Of a DNA stretch of 64,000 nt, positions 40,656 through 51,699 are shown piece after piece (the stretch's first letter is position 1; the number at the start of each line of letters is the position of its first letter). The position numbers and the translations under genes are program-made. The notes under the pieces are model-generated. The model ran no database searches. It saw only the letters and a program-made list of their open reading frames with translations, and was not told the origin of the DNA. Location: positions 288,001 through 352,000 of the forward strand of contig CAVUWD010000019.1 in assembly GCA_963745025.1 (NCBI GenBank), written 5' to 3'. This stretch comes from an uncultured delta proteobacterium. Its GTDB lineage: Bacteria; Desulfobacterota; Binatia; JACPRU01.

Positions 40656-40814
40656 ACCGCTCTGGAACCGACCGCGTCGAAGAATGACCATCCGCCGCCT
40701 ACGTGCCGACGTGTCTTCCCTGCGCGTCAGGCGTGCCCGTCTGCGCTCTTGCGGCGAGCCGTCCGCGATGCTCGCACGGGGGCGGGTCGTCGTTGCGCAG
40801 TCATGATGTCAGCG

Positions 40815-41630
40815 CCTACTTCGCAGCCGTGTCGATTTCAGGGTACATCGCCGAATGGGCCAAGTCCCGCGTGCCGTTTGCCGTAGCGCGATGGAACATC
40901 CTGCGTCCAGTCACTTGGCAGGATCAACGAGAACGCGAGCAGCAACGCGAAGGGGATAGGTCGCCAGCCGATGCCCGCCGACACGCGGCCGTCCTCGTGC
41001 CTGACCGCGGACACTACGCTGGCGCCGGCTCGGGCGCGCCTGCTCCGATACGTGATGACGATGGTGAGGAAACCAATTACGGACATCAGAAGGTTCAGGA
41101 CCTGTCCGGTCGCCAACCCGAGCAGGCTGGTGGGGTACTCGCGGAACAGGTCGATGAAGATTCTGAGGAACGCGTAGAGGAAGAGAAAGGCCCCGGTCAG
41201 CACCCCCGTGGGCGGCTGCAACGTGGACAGGTAGCACAGGACCGGAATGATCAGCAGGTTCTTGATCCCGTCGTAGAGCACGACCGGATGCCGGAATCCC
41301 TCCGCGTCCGGGAACTTTACCGCCCACCAGGCGTTGCTGACGCTGCCGACGATCTGCCCGTCGACGAAGTTCCCCATCCTGCCGACCCCGAGGATGAATG
41401 CGGCGGGGATGGCGAGAGCGTCCGTCATTTCGAGAAATGGCTTACGGTGACGGAGCGTGAACGCCCAGACGCCGAGCAGCCCGCCAAACAGCAACCCGTG
41501 TGTGGCCATCCCGCCGAGCCAATAGGCAGGAATCAGCGCCGGATGCTCGCGGTAGAACGGCCATTCGTAAAACGCCACCTCGACGAAGCGGCCGCCAAGA
41601 AGAACGCCGACGGCCAGAGAGATGCCCGAC
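40815..41630 (-). pseudogene. prolipoprotein diacylglyceryl transferase (Lgt-like), 5'-truncated and frameshifted near the 3' end
   Basis: GGRF..V.FY, GGMATHG, GRMGNFVDG and RHPVVLY motifs; N-terminus absent. Confidence 0.8.
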
Positions 41631-41639
41631 GCAGACACG

Positions 41640-41750
41640 CTGAAGTACATCCAGGAGTAGCTCGGTCATTCGTCGATCTCGATCACGTCCGACATCTACG
41701 GGCATCTCGTGCCACGCAACATGAACAACTTGTTTGGAGCCCACATCTAG
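41640..41750 (+). pseudogene. tyrosine recombinase/integrase C-terminal remnant
   Basis: LKYIQE*LGHSSISITSDIYGHLVP (box II, LGH..I.IT..Y) with an internal TAG. Confidence 0.8.
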
Positions 41751-41870
41751 CCCCAATGCCGGTAAGTTAACCGGATTTTCTAGTATCCGCGATAGGTTGG
41801 CGTCCCGGTAGGAGCCGCGGTGTGGGGGAAGTTGTGTCCGTTGTGTCTTACGGCTATAAAGCCGCAAGAA

Positions 41871-42224
41871 ATGAAGAGCCTTGTGGACCAGCGCCGGCGG
41901 ACTCTGCGGGCTTTGCCGTCTCTTGAAGAGATCGTGCGGGGAAGTGTCGTTGAGCGCCGACTCCGCTGTGGCAAGCCGGGCTGTCGCTGCGCCCGCAGAC
42001 AGCTCCACGAGGTCACCTACCTGAGCGTGACCTTCGCCGGTGGCCGCACCGAGCAGATCTCGCTCCCCGCAGATCTCGTCCCGGTCGCCCGCCGGTGGGT
42101 GGCCAACTACCAGGCGTGGTGGAAGGCCGTGGAGAAGATCTCGGCCATCAATCGGAAGCTTCTCCGTGAGCGGCGTTCGTCGGCGCAAAAGCGTTCGGCG
42201 CGCACAGGCAAGACTCCGCCCTGA
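41871..42224 (+). CDS. DUF6788-like Cys/His protein inside the IS
   Basis: RGSVVERRLRCGKPGCRCARRQLH..YLS pattern. Confidence 0.75.
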   Translation: MKSLVDQRRRTLRALPSLEEIVRGSVVERRLRCGKPGCRCARRQLHEVTYLSVTFAGGRTEQISLPADLVPVARRWVANYQAWWKAVEKISAINRKLLRERRSSAQKRSARTGKTPP

Positions 42225-42271
42225 AAATCTGAACAAACGAGGGCGGCCATGGCAGGAGGTGTGCGGTGGGG

Positions 42272-43630
42272 ATGGATCTCGCAGAGGCGTTGCTCCAGGC
42301 CGGCGAGGGACGAGCCGAGGCGAGCTTCGAGCTTTTTGCTCAGACCTTGGATCCCGGGTGGATCGAACGGGCGCTTCAGGCCACCGACAAGGCAAGCGTC
42401 CGACGGCGCAAGCTTCCCGCCGAGTACGTCGTGTGGCTCGTGATCGGCATGGGCTTGCTGCGCGACCGCTCGATTCAGGAGGTCGTGCGCCATCTCGATC
42501 TGGTGCTCCCCGGTTCGGATCGTGACCGCCAGGCGGTCAGCGGCGGCGCCATCGTGCAGGCCCGTGACCGCCTCGGACCCCAGCCGCTCGCCTGGCTCTT
42601 CGAGCACACGGCCCAGGTGTGGGCGACCGCCTCCGCCGACGAACACCGCTGGCGCGGGCTGGCGGTCTTTGGTGTCGATGGCACGACGCTACGCGTGCCG
42701 GACAGCGCCGAGAACGACGCGGAATTTGGTCGCCCCGGCACGAGCCGCGGCGGCGCTGCGGCCGGGTATCCTCAGCTGCGTCTGCTGGCCCTCATGGTGC
42801 TGCGCAGTCATGTGCTCGCAGCGCTCGCGGCCGGCCCCTATCAGCATGGCGAACTCACCCTCGCCGAGGATCTCTGGCCCAAACTCTCCGATCGTTCGCT
42901 CATCATCGTCGATCGAGAGTTTGCCACCTACGAGCTCTTTCACCGCCTCGCCGATCCGGGCCGGGAGCGCTACTGGCTGACGCGGGCCAAGCAGGGCAGG
43001 CGTACCGCCAAGCTCAGGATCGTCCAGCAACTGGGGCCCCGGGATTCCATCGTCGAGCTGCGTCCCAGCCGACACACTCGGCATCTCCATCCGACGCTGC
43101 CCGAAACGTTGCGCGTGCGGGCCATCCGCTACCAGCGGCCCGGTTTCCGTCCCCAGATCTTGCTCACTTCACTCCTCGATCCCGTTGCCTATCCCGCGGC
43201 CGAGATCATCGCGCTCTACCACGAGCGCTGGGAGCTCGAACTCGGCTTTGACGAAGTGAAGACCCACACGCTCGAGCGCGAAGAGGCCTTACTGCGCTGC
43301 AAGGCTCCCGAGCGCGTCAAGCAAGAGCTCTGGGGACTGGCGCTTGCCTACAATCTCGTGCGCCTCGCCATGGCTCGCGTGGCACAAAAGGCCGGCATCT
43401 CGCCAACGCGGATCAGCTACCGCCACGCCGTCAACTTCATCCGCATCTTCTGGCTCAGCGCCCACCTCGTCAGCCCAGGCGCGCTGCCCCGACGCCTCGA
43501 TGGCTTGCACAAAGAGCTCGCCCTGCTCATCCTCCCGCCACGACGTCCGCGCCGCTTCCCACGCGCCGTCAAAATCAAGATGAGCAAATTCCCCCGCAAA
43601 CGCCCCCGACCTCAACGGGGCCTTAAGTGA
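42272..43630 (+). CDS. IS4 family DDE transposase
   Basis: RRRKLPAEYVVWLVIGMGL N-terminal domain, VDGTT, VDREF, YHERWELELGFDEVK (YREK motif). Confidence 0.95.
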   Translation: MDLAEALLQAGEGRAEASFELFAQTLDPGWIERALQATDKASVRRRKLPAEYVVWLVIGMGLLRDRSIQEVVRHLDLVLPGSDRDRQAVSGGAIVQARDRLGPQPLAWLFEHTAQVWATASADEHRWRGLAVFGVDGTTLRVPDSAENDAEFGRPGTSRGGAAAGYPQLRLLALMVLRSHVLAALAAGPYQHGELTLAEDLWPKLSDRSLIIVDREFATYELFHRLADPGRERYWLTRAKQGRRTAKLRIVQQLGPRDSIVELRPSRHTRHLHPTLPETLRVRAIRYQRPGFRPQILLTSLLDPVAYPAAEIIALYHERWELELGFDEVKTHTLEREEALLRCKAPERVKQELWGLALAYNLVRLAMARVAQKAGISPTRISYRHAVNFIRIFWLSAHLVSPGALPRRLDGLHKELALLILPPRRPRRFPRAVKIKMSKFPRKRPRPQRGLK

Positions 43631-43642
43631 ACGGCATTGCAT

Positions 43643-44107
43643 CTAGCCCGCCCTGGACGGCTTGGCGGCGTCCGGGCTCTTCCGCGTGGTCTTCTTGCAG
43701 CGGCAGGTGCCTGCCTCGTGCAGCTCGATCAGATTGCCGTGCGGATCGTCCATGAAGATCTGCTCGAGCTGGGGACCGACCACGGACTGGATGCTCCAGT
43801 ACTTGACGCCCATGCGGTCGAGCTCGCGCTTGGCCTCCTGGACATCCGGCACGGCCAGTGCCACGTGCAGCGTGGTCGGGTCCTGCTTCGGTCCCTTCGC
43901 ATAGCGCGAGACACCTTCGCAGCCCATGAGGTGAATCTGTGTGTCGTTGCCGCAGTCCATCCAGTAGCCGGGAATGCCCGGGATGTTCGGGCGCCCGGGA
44001 TCAGGCGTGAGCCCGAGCACGTCGCGATAGAAGGCCAGCGACTTCTCGGTCTCTTCGGGATTGACGCGGATGCCGTGATGGTGAAGCTCGAGTACCTTGA
44101 CCGCCAT
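43643..44107 (-). CDS. VOC/glyoxalase family protein
   Basis: LHHHGIRV..SLAFYRDVLGL..HVALAV..FMDDPHGNLIELH. Confidence 0.92.
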   Translation of the reverse strand: MAVKVLELHHHGIRVNPEETEKSLAFYRDVLGLTPDPGRPNIPGIPGYWMDCGNDTQIHLMGCEGVSRYAKGPKQDPTTLHVALAVPDVQEAKRELDRMGVKYWSIQSVVGPQLEQIFMDDPHGNLIELHEAGTCRCKKTTRKSPDAAKPSRAG

Positions 44108-44269
44108 GATGTCCCCCTGGGTTACTTACGGTTTCACCCCGGCGGAGCCGCCGCCCGGGAGCTTGTCCACCAGCGTGCCCCAGATGCCTTTGGGCCGAGC
44201 TCGACCTCACCTCGATCGACGGTGAAAGGCGGATATGAGCGACGTCGGGTGTCCGCTTCCGAGCGGCCG

Positions 44270-44419
44270 ACCAGGTCGAATGCGTTCAGTTGCGCGAGCT
44301 CGCGCTTGTCGGCGAGGTGCACGCCGACGACCAGAAGGCCGTAGACGAGGACGTCCGGACCACCTTTCCCACGACCGGCAACGTCGGTAGAACATGTCGG
44401 ACCAGATGCTCGCATTCAT
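44270..44419 (-). pseudogene. DUF421/YetF N-terminal remnant
   Basis: MNASIWSDMF..VLVYGLLVVGVHLADKRELAQLNAFDLV with several indels. Confidence 0.65.
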
Positions 44420-44440
44420 CGTTCGCCTCCCCGGACGGCC

Positions 44441-45112
44441 GTGACGCCGCTCGACGTCTTCAACCCCGCGAATCTGTCCGATGCAAGCCGGCTGACCGGG
44501 CCGGCCGGGGCGCGGGCGCTGCTCGACGCCGCGCGCAGCTTCCCGGGCGGCCCGGCCATGCTCGTCTTCGCGCTCTTCTGGTCGCCCGTCGGCCCCGGCA
44601 TTCCCGCCGGCGTCCTCCTCGCCCGCCACATCCCGCTCAGCCCGCCGATCACCTTCGCCCTCTATGCCGCCTCCGACCTTTTGGGAGCGCTGGTCTGCTA
44701 TCCGCTCTTCACCGCGCTCCGGCGCCACGCCAGGCGCGTGCGCCCGCTGCACTGGATCGGCACCCGCATGCTGCGGCTCGCGATGCTCGGGACGCGGGCG
44801 CCGCGCGCCGCGGAGGTGCAGGCCGAGCTCGGCCGCCGCGGTGTCGGCCCGGCGCTTTTTCGCATCGCGACGGTGGGCTTCGGCGTCGACGTGTACAGCG
44901 CGGGGATGGTCGCGACCGGACTCCCGGTGCCGCGGGCGCTCGGTTGGGGATCGGCGATCGCCGGCGACCTCGTCTGGTTCGCGCTGCTGCTCGGCACCAG
45001 CATGGCGGCGGGCGCCGCCGTCGACGACGATCGCGTCGTGGCGCTGGTCGTGCTGGTCGCCATGTTCGTGATCCCTGCCCTCGCCCGGCGCGTCTTCCCA
45101 GCGCTCCGCTGA
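44441..45112 (+). CDS. hypothetical integral membrane protein
   Basis: Multiple hydrophobic segments, high GC3 codon usage. Confidence 0.65.
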   Translation: MTPLDVFNPANLSDASRLTGPAGARALLDAARSFPGGPAMLVFALFWSPVGPGIPAGVLLARHIPLSPPITFALYAASDLLGALVCYPLFTALRRHARRVRPLHWIGTRMLRLAMLGTRAPRAAEVQAELGRRGVGPALFRIATVGFGVDVYSAGMVATGLPVPRALGWGSAIAGDLVWFALLLGTSMAAGAAVDDDRVVALVVLVAMFVIPALARRVFPALR

Positions 45113-45194
45113 TCACGCCATTAAGAGCCCGCCGTGGATCGCATCCCGGGCGGCGCCGAGGAGACGACGGCTATGCTCGCGCTATACTCCGGAC

Positions 45195-46622
45195 ATGACC
45201 ACCACCCTCTCCCGTCCCCAGACCGGCTCGGCCTCCGACGCGGCCGCGGCGTGCGCCGAGGCGCATTACGGCGAGTTTCTCGAGGACCTCAAGACGCTCG
45301 CGCGCATCCCCTCGGTCTCCTTCCCGGGCTTCGACTCCAAGCAGGTCGACCGCTCCGCCGAGGCCGTCGCGGCGCTCATGAGCAAGCGCGGCCTGGAGAA
45401 CGTCGAGGTCCTCCGCATCCCCGGCGCCTTCCCTTATGTCTACGGCGACTGGCTGCACGCCCCGGGCAAGCCCACGCTCCTGCTCTACGCGCATCACGAC
45501 GTCCAGCCCGCGGGGCGCGAGGAGCTTTGGAAGTCCCCGCCCTTCGAGCCCGCCGAGCGCGACGGCCGCCTCTACGGCCGCGGCTGCGCAGACGACAAGG
45601 CCGGCGCGGTGGCACACACCTCGGCGATCGCCTCTTGGCTGCAGACCGCTGGCAGGCTCCCCGTCAACGTGAAGGTCATCATCGAGGGCGAGGAGGAGGT
45701 CGGCTCCGACAACCTCGAGCCCTTCCTGGCCCGCTACGCCTCCAAGGTGATGGCCGACGCCATCGTGCTCACCGACACCGGCAACTTCGACCACGAGACC
45801 CCGTCCATCACGGTCGCCCTGCGAGGCCTGGTGGCGCTCGACGTCACGGTCAAGTCCATGGATCACCCACTGCACTCGGGCATGTGGGGCGGCCCCACCC
45901 CCGACCCCACGGTCGCGCTGGCTAAAATGATCGCCGCCTGCGTCGACGGGAAGGGCCGCATGCTCTTCCCCGGCGCCTACAAGGGCGTGCTCCAGCCCTC
46001 CAAGGCCATGGAGGCCAGCCTCAAGATGCTCAAATACCCGGAAAAGGTCTTCCGCGCCCAGTCCGGGCTTAACCCCAAGACCAAGCTGATGGTGCCCGCC
46101 AAGGACATCCTGCGCTCCAACTGGTACTGGCCCTCCTTCTCGGTCAACGCCATCCAGGCGTCCTCGAGGAAGGACTGCGCCAACATCATCAATGACTCCG
46201 CCTGGTGTCACATGGGCGTGCGCATCGTGCCCGGCCAAGACCCCAAGGCCGTTCTCGCGGCGCTCAAGAAGCACCTGCTCAAGAGCGCTCCGTGGGGCGT
46301 GGAGGTGAGCTTCTCCAACGAGTCGGCCTCGCCGGCGTGGACCACTGACACCGGCGCGCCCGCCTTCGCCGCCGCGCGGAAGGCCCTGCAGAAGGGCTAT
46401 GGTCGTCAGGCGGTGGACATGGGCTGCGGCGGCTCGATCCCGTTCGTGGGCCCTTTCGCCAAGGCGCTCAAGGGCGCGCCCGCCCTGCTCATCGGCGTCG
46501 AGGACCCGCTGTCGAACCCGCACTCTGAGAACGAGAGCCTGCACCTGGGCATGTTCGCCAAGGCCATCGCCTCGGCGGCCCATCTCTACGGCGAGGTCGC
46601 CGCGCTCGACTCGGTGAAGTAG
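45195..46622 (+). CDS. M20/M25/M40 metallo-hydrolase (dipeptidase-like)
   Basis: [37 protein letters not shown]. Confidence 0.93.
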   Translation: MTTTLSRPQTGSASDAAAACAEAHYGEFLEDLKTLARIPSVSFPGFDSKQVDRSAEAVAALMSKRGLENVEVLRIPGAFPYVYGDWLHAPGKPTLLLYAHHDVQPAGREELWKSPPFEPAERDGRLYGRGCADDKAGAVAHTSAIASWLQTAGRLPVNVKVIIEGEEEVGSDNLEPFLARYASKVMADAIVLTDTGNFDHETPSITVALRGLVALDVTVKSMDHPLHSGMWGGPTPDPTVALAKMIAACVDGKGRMLFPGAYKGVLQPSKAMEASLKMLKYPEKVFRAQSGLNPKTKLMVPAKDILRSNWYWPSFSVNAIQASSRKDCANIINDSAWCHMGVRIVPGQDPKAVLAALKKHLLKSAPWGVEVSFSNESASPAWTTDTGAPAFAAARKALQKGYGRQAVDMGCGGSIPFVGPFAKALKGAPALLIGVEDPLSNPHSENESLHLGMFAKAIASAAHLYGEVAALDSVK

Positions 46623-47114
46623 GGGACCGCCGGCGCGAGGTGGAAGGGAGATCCCGCCGGCGTCTCGCCAAGGACCTTCGCGACATTCGCAAGCGATAGC
46701 GTTCGGGGATGCTCGATGATGCCCATGGCTCACGAGGTCGCCGTTATCCCGTAGAACGAACTGGAGAAGCAGCCCGCGCCGGCGGCTCCTACCGCTTGAT
46801 CGCCAAGATTCCGCACTCGCGCCGCGGGCGCGTCTCGATGTCCGGCCGTCGCGTCATGGCCGCAGCGCTCAAGTTACGCGAGGTCGCTTACCCGAGCCTC
46901 TACGCCGAGGCTGCCTGACCTGGACACGATCCTCGCAAAACGCAAAGAAGATACGAGAAGGAATCTATCCTCAAGTAGGAGTCCGCGGCGACCTGGTCCC
47001 ACCCTCGCTGGTCCCACCCGTCGCTTGACAAGCCTCCCGCGAGGGGGCTACCCAGGCGGCCCTGTCCCGTCGTGAAGCCGGCCCGGGGACACCCCGGCCG
47101 GCGCGGAGCAGCAC

Positions 47115-48103
47115 ATGTCCTTTCCCGAGTCGGTGATCGCCTGCGAGTGCTGGGCGCGTGACGGCCTGCAGTCGATGCCCGTCGTGGTCTCGACCGCCCA
47201 CAAGATCGAGATGATCGACCGGATCACGGCTGCCGGGTTCAAGAAGGTCGAGGTCACCTCCTTCTCGCACCCGAAGCTGCTCCCCCAGTTCGCCGACGCG
47301 ATCGACGTGCTCAAGGGGATCCGCCGCCGACCGGGCGTCTCGCACGTCGTGCTCATGCCCAACGAGAAGGGCTTCGACCGGCTCGAGGCGTGCCAGAAGG
47401 AGGGATACGGCGCGGACGAGATCATCCTCATGATCTCCTCGAGCGAGAAGCACAACCTCCTCAACTTCCGCATGAACCACGCCGAGGCGATGGAGGAGCA
47501 CGCGCGGGTCATGAAGCGGGCCCACGCGCTGGGGATCCGCGTCATCGGGTGCGCCGGGACGGTGTACGGCTGCCCGGTCGGCGGCGACGTGCCGTATCGA
47601 CGAGGTGGCGAAGATCGTCCGCTTCTACCTGGAGCGGCGCGCAGACGATCATGCTCGGCGACACCACCGGCGTCGCGAACCCGGTGCTGGTGCGCGAGCG
47701 GATCGGCCGAGCTGCATGGCGACCTTCCCGAAGGCCGAGTTCATCGCCCACTTCCACGACACGCGCGGGACGGGCGTGCGTGAACTCCGTCGCCGCGCTC
47801 GAGCTGGGCGTCCGCTACGTCGACACCTCCCTCGGCGCCATCGGCGGCCAGCCCGCCACGGGCGCGGCCAAGTACTCGGCCGGCTTCACCGGCAACACCT
47901 GCAGCGAGGACCTCGTCGCGGTGCTCGAGGAGATGGGCGTCAGCACCGGCGTCGATCTGGATCTCGTGATCGACGCCGGCCGCCGCGCGGAGGAGATCCT
48001 CGAGCAGCGGCTGCGCTCGAACGTGATCCGCTCCGGGCCGGTCATCCACACCGAGTCTTCGCCGGTCAAGGAACCCGGGGTCGCGGCAGCGGCGCGGCAG
48101 TAG
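47115..48103 (+). pseudogene. hydroxymethylglutaryl-CoA lyase family protein, frameshifted at about 47595-47780
   Basis: RDGLQ, EVTSF, YGCP, LGDTTG, HFHDTRG and GN..SED motifs in alternating frames. Confidence 0.88.
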
Positions 48104-48127
48104 GTGCCACGCCGCGCCACGCGGCGG

Positions 48128-48264
48128 CGGGATCATGGCCCTTTTCGGAGCGCCGATCACCCACGAGGATCACGCGCAGCGCGCCTGCTACGCCGCGCTG
48201 GTCTCTCCAGGAGGACCTTCACCGCTACGCGAACGAGCTACGCGTCGAGAAAGGGATCAGCTTC
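48128..48264 (+). pseudogene. class III adenylate/guanylate cyclase internal remnant
   Basis: GIMALFGAPITHEDHAQRACYAAL..LQEDLHRYANELR, a paralog of 52501-53370. Confidence 0.85.
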
Positions 48265-48310
48265 CAGTGCGAGTCGTTGCTCGCAAGGTATGGCAGCCAT
48301 CTTCGGCGCA

Positions 48311-48979
48311 TCACCGTTGCGCCGCGGCGACGACCGCTTCGACGGCCTGTTCGAGGGCGAGCACGTCCGTGTTGACGACGATGTCGTAGTGCACCGGAAG
48401 CTCCTCGCCGATGCCGTAGAACGCCTTCAGGTACTCGCGACGGCTCTTGTCCGAATCCTTGATCATTCTCGCCGCCTCGTCGACGCCAATGCCGCGAGCC
48501 GCCGCGAGCCGCTCCGCCCGGACTTCGGGCGAGGCGGTGACGAAAACGCGCAGAACACCCTCTTCGCCGGCCAGCGCCATCGCGGCGGCATGAGCGACGA
48601 TGACGACGTTCCCCTCTCGGGCGGTGTCGCGGACGACTGCGCGGATCAGCTGGCGGAAGTACTCCGTGCCCCGAAAGGCCGCCCTGACGCCGGTCATTTC
48701 CTCGCCGGTCAGGAACGCGGCCGGATGTAGAGAGCCGGGCGAGATCGCCATTATCTCCGACGCTGTCGCCACGGCTAACGACTTGAGTACGCGCTCGATG
48801 AACGTCTGCCGACGCTCGGCGTCCTGTACCAGCTCGACGTCGACGCCCTCCCTTTCGGCAGCCGTGGCGACGATCTCTTCGTCCGCATAGCGAAAGCCCA
48901 TCCGCTGCGACAGCGCGTGCCCGATTTCCTCGCCGCCCGCGGCCAGCGCCCGCGACACACAGATCACCCGGGTTTTCAT
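48311..48979 (-). CDS. cytidylate kinase-like family protein
   Basis: VICVSRALAAGGEEIG..LRVFVTAS..R..SDKSRREY..YDIVVNT. Confidence 0.85.
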   Translation of the reverse strand: MKTRVICVSRALAAGGEEIGHALSQRMGFRYADEEIVATAAEREGVDVELVQDAERRQTFIERVLKSLAVATASEIMAISPGSLHPAAFLTGEEMTGVRAAFRGTEYFRQLIRAVVRDTAREGNVVIVAHAAAMALAGEEGVLRVFVTASPEVRAERLAAARGIGVDEAARMIKDSDKSRREYLKAFYGIGEELPVHYDIVVNTDVLALEQAVEAVVAAAQR

Positions 48980-49429
48980 CTCGATTTCCTTCCGCACCCC
49001 GGCTCTTAAGCCCCGGGGTTGATGCTGCACGCCCGAAGGAGCGGCCACGGCATGGAGTAGACCACGAAGAGGATCGGCGTCGCAAAGAAGAAAGGAAGGA
49101 AGAGGAGAATAGCCACCCAATGAGGTAGCGCGCACCCGGAGGGATGCTAAAGACGATCGTGCAAGGGCCTTGACGATCGCGGAAGAAGCGATCGGTTTCA
49201 TCCGGCGGCTCGGCTCCCGATTCTGGGAGTTCTCGGCTCTACTTCCACGGTACTCGCCGGACACGCGGTGCCGATCGACTCAAGGCGAACATCGCAATGG
49301 ATCCTAAAGGTCATCGACAATGCCGCTTTTCCGGACGGCAAGACGCACATAAGATGGCTTGAAGAGATCGCGCTCGTGTCGAACTGCAAAGCAACGTGGG
49401 ATAGAAGACCGTTCGACGTCGGTCCGGGT

Positions 49430-49999
49430 ATGGAAACCTGCGGACTCTACGTGCTTGCGTGCTTGATCCTGCCAGCGCTCGTGTCCGCTGCGTCGCCCGC
49501 GGCGATAGCAGATTACGAAGTGTTTCACAGGGGAGTGAGCGTCATGCGGGGTAGGTTGTATGTCTCGGGGGATCGATACCGTGCCGAAACCAGGACGCAC
49601 ATAATCCTCGTCGACGGGACGAGAAAGCGTCAATGGACGGTGATGGCGCCCCCACTCGGCTGCGAGAGCCACGTGCTCACCGAGGCGGTGAAACAAGCGT
49701 CTCCCTGGATGTTCGCCAAAGGTGCGAATGAGCGGTTCGTCGGTTCGGAAGTGATCGACGGTCATCCGACGAAGAAGTACCAGACCGTGACGAGCGGGAC
49801 GGGCCAAAAGGGTTATGTGTGGCGTGCGACGGATTTGAAAGGCTTCCCGGTCCAGATCACCGACGAGGCGGGAGAATTGAAGCGTGCGATCACGAATGTG
49901 GTTCTTCGTAAGCCAGACGCCTCGCTCTTCCGGCCTCCATCGGCATGTCGATCCGCTTCGCGCCTCAACGCGACTTCGCCGTCAAGCGCGAGCGAATGA
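49430..49999 (+). CDS. exported DUF4412-like protein
   Basis: Signal peptide; VGSEVIDGHPTKKY..VWRATDLKGFP..PDASLFRPP. Confidence 0.65.
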   Translation: METCGLYVLACLILPALVSAASPAAIADYEVFHRGVSVMRGRLYVSGDRYRAETRTHIILVDGTRKRQWTVMAPPLGCESHVLTEAVKQASPWMFAKGANERFVGSEVIDGHPTKKYQTVTSGTGQKGYVWRATDLKGFPVQITDEAGELKRAITNVVLRKPDASLFRPPSACRSASRLNATSPSSASE

Positions 50000-50419
50000 A
50001 CTGCGTCGAAGGCATGGACCTCGATCCTCGATGTGGTCTACGGTACCCTCGGTCGTGGAGTAAATCCGTTCGCTGCCGCGATGCAAGCGAAGCATCGAAC
50101 GGCTGGCACGTTCCCGAAGGCCGATGGTTATACCGCTCCGATGCTCGACCAGTTCGAGTTCTGGGCCATGAAAAAATGGGCGCGGACGGGCTCACGCGGA
50201 TTAGCGTGCGCTATCGGGTCAGGGCTAGCGAGAATCATGGCTCGTGGCGAACGATGAGGCGGAGGCGGATGTCTTGTAACGTTGGGCCGGAGCACATCGA
50301 GCGCCTTGGCTTTATCCCGCCGTGGGCACGCCCGGGTGGTGTCTTTCAATTGGTGAAAAATGGTTAGGCACGAGCAGGCTATCGTCACGAAAATCATTGA
50401 GCGAGGACAGGATCATCCC

Positions 50420-51634
50420 ATGAGGCGACCATTGGACGGGATCCGGGTTTTGGACTGCGGGGTCTACCACGCGGGACCGGGGGGGCCCGCCATCCTGGCC
50501 GACCTCGGAGCGGAGGTGATCAAGGTCGAGCAGCCCGGCGTAGGGGACCCGATCCGACAAGCGAAGCAGATCGGGAGCGTCCCCCTAGAGCTGCCGGGGG
50601 GCAGGAGCTTGTTTTTCGAGGGGGCGAACCGAAACAAGAAGGGCGTGGCCCTCGAATTGAAAACGCCGAAGGGGCAGGAGGTTTTTCATCGCCTGGTCGC
50701 TCGTTCGGACGTTTTCTTGAGCAACATGCGCCGGCCCGCATTGGAGCGGCTCAACATCAGCTACCCCGTCTTGCGAGAGATCAATCCTAAGATCATCTAC
50801 GCGGCCGTCTCGGCATTCGGGCCAAAAGGGCCCGACAGGTACAGCGGCGGGTTTGATTACCAGGGCCAGGCCCGGGCAGGGATCATGTATTCCATGGGCG
50901 AGGAAGGAACGCCGCCCGCCGCGTGTCAGTTCGGGCTCATCGACCAGGTGACGGCGATCCTGGTGAGCCACCAGATCATCACGGCCCTCTTCATGCGAGA
51001 GCGCACCGGGATCGGGCAAGAGGTCCACGTCTCGATCCTGAGCGCAGCGATGTACCTTAACTACTTCAATGTGCTCATCGCCGGTCTCGCTGGCTTTGAG
51101 GTACCCCGTCATTCGAGGACTACGGAGAACCCGATGCGCAACTACTATCAGTGCGGCGACGGGCGCTGGCTCATGATGACGCTGACGCCGCCGACCCGGC
51201 ACTGGGGTCCCCTCTGCCAAGCCCTGGCCAGGCCCGATCTCGAGCGCGACTCCCGGTACGATACGGACGAGAAGCGCAGCGCACACGCGCGAGAGCTCGT
51301 GGCTCTCTTCGACCAGATCTTCGCGACCAGGCCGCGGAACGAGTGGCTTGACATCTTTCGTGAGCGCGACCTGTTTTGCTGTGCGGTGAACAGGCTAAAT
51401 GAGCTCGCATACGATCCGCAGGTCATCGCAAACGAGTATTTGACGGATTTCGAGCATCCTACCGTGGGCAAGGTGAAGATCCCAGCCTACTTCGGCTCCT
51501 TTAGCGAGGCCCAGGCGGGGACGACGCGGGCCGCGCCTGAGTTGGGAGAACACACGGAAGAGGTGCTGAGCGGGCTCTGCGGCTATTCGGCGGCCGAAAT
51601 TGCGGAATTGAAAAGGACGGGTGCCATCGCGTGA
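50420..51634 (+). CDS. CaiB/BaiF CoA-transferase (family III)
   Basis: PLDGIRVLD..AGP..LADLGAEVIKVE, NRNKK, APELGEHTEEVL. Confidence 0.95.
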   Translation: MRRPLDGIRVLDCGVYHAGPGGPAILADLGAEVIKVEQPGVGDPIRQAKQIGSVPLELPGGRSLFFEGANRNKKGVALELKTPKGQEVFHRLVARSDVFLSNMRRPALERLNISYPVLREINPKIIYAAVSAFGPKGPDRYSGGFDYQGQARAGIMYSMGEEGTPPAACQFGLIDQVTAILVSHQIITALFMRERTGIGQEVHVSILSAAMYLNYFNVLIAGLAGFEVPRHSRTTENPMRNYYQCGDGRWLMMTLTPPTRHWGPLCQALARPDLERDSRYDTDEKRSAHARELVALFDQIFATRPRNEWLDIFRERDLFCCAVNRLNELAYDPQVIANEYLTDFEHPTVGKVKIPAYFGSFSEAQAGTTRAAPELGEHTEEVLSGLCGYSAAEIAELKRTGAIA

Positions 51635-51699
51635 TGTCGACCCGCGACAGCTTGCGGCGCTGGATCGTTGGGGCGAGCTAATCGTCGCCGTCACAAGAT

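Larger units (their letters stand above)
41754..43639 (+). mobile_element. IS4-family element, 1886 bp, two ORFs
   Basis: Imperfect IRs CAATGCCGGTAAGTTAA and reverse complement CAATGCCGTTCACTTAA; 10-bp TSD CATCTAGCCC at 41744-41753 and 43640-43649. Confidence 0.93.

Noticed and set aside
46780-46980. Possible transposase C-terminus (YRLIAKIPHSRRGRV...YAEAA) and IS end
   Set aside because: No catalytic motif, partner IR or TSD could be identified.
34029-49074. 14-bp match CATGGAGTAGACCA at about 34029 and 49061
   Set aside because: Unrelated contexts and no extension; probably chance.
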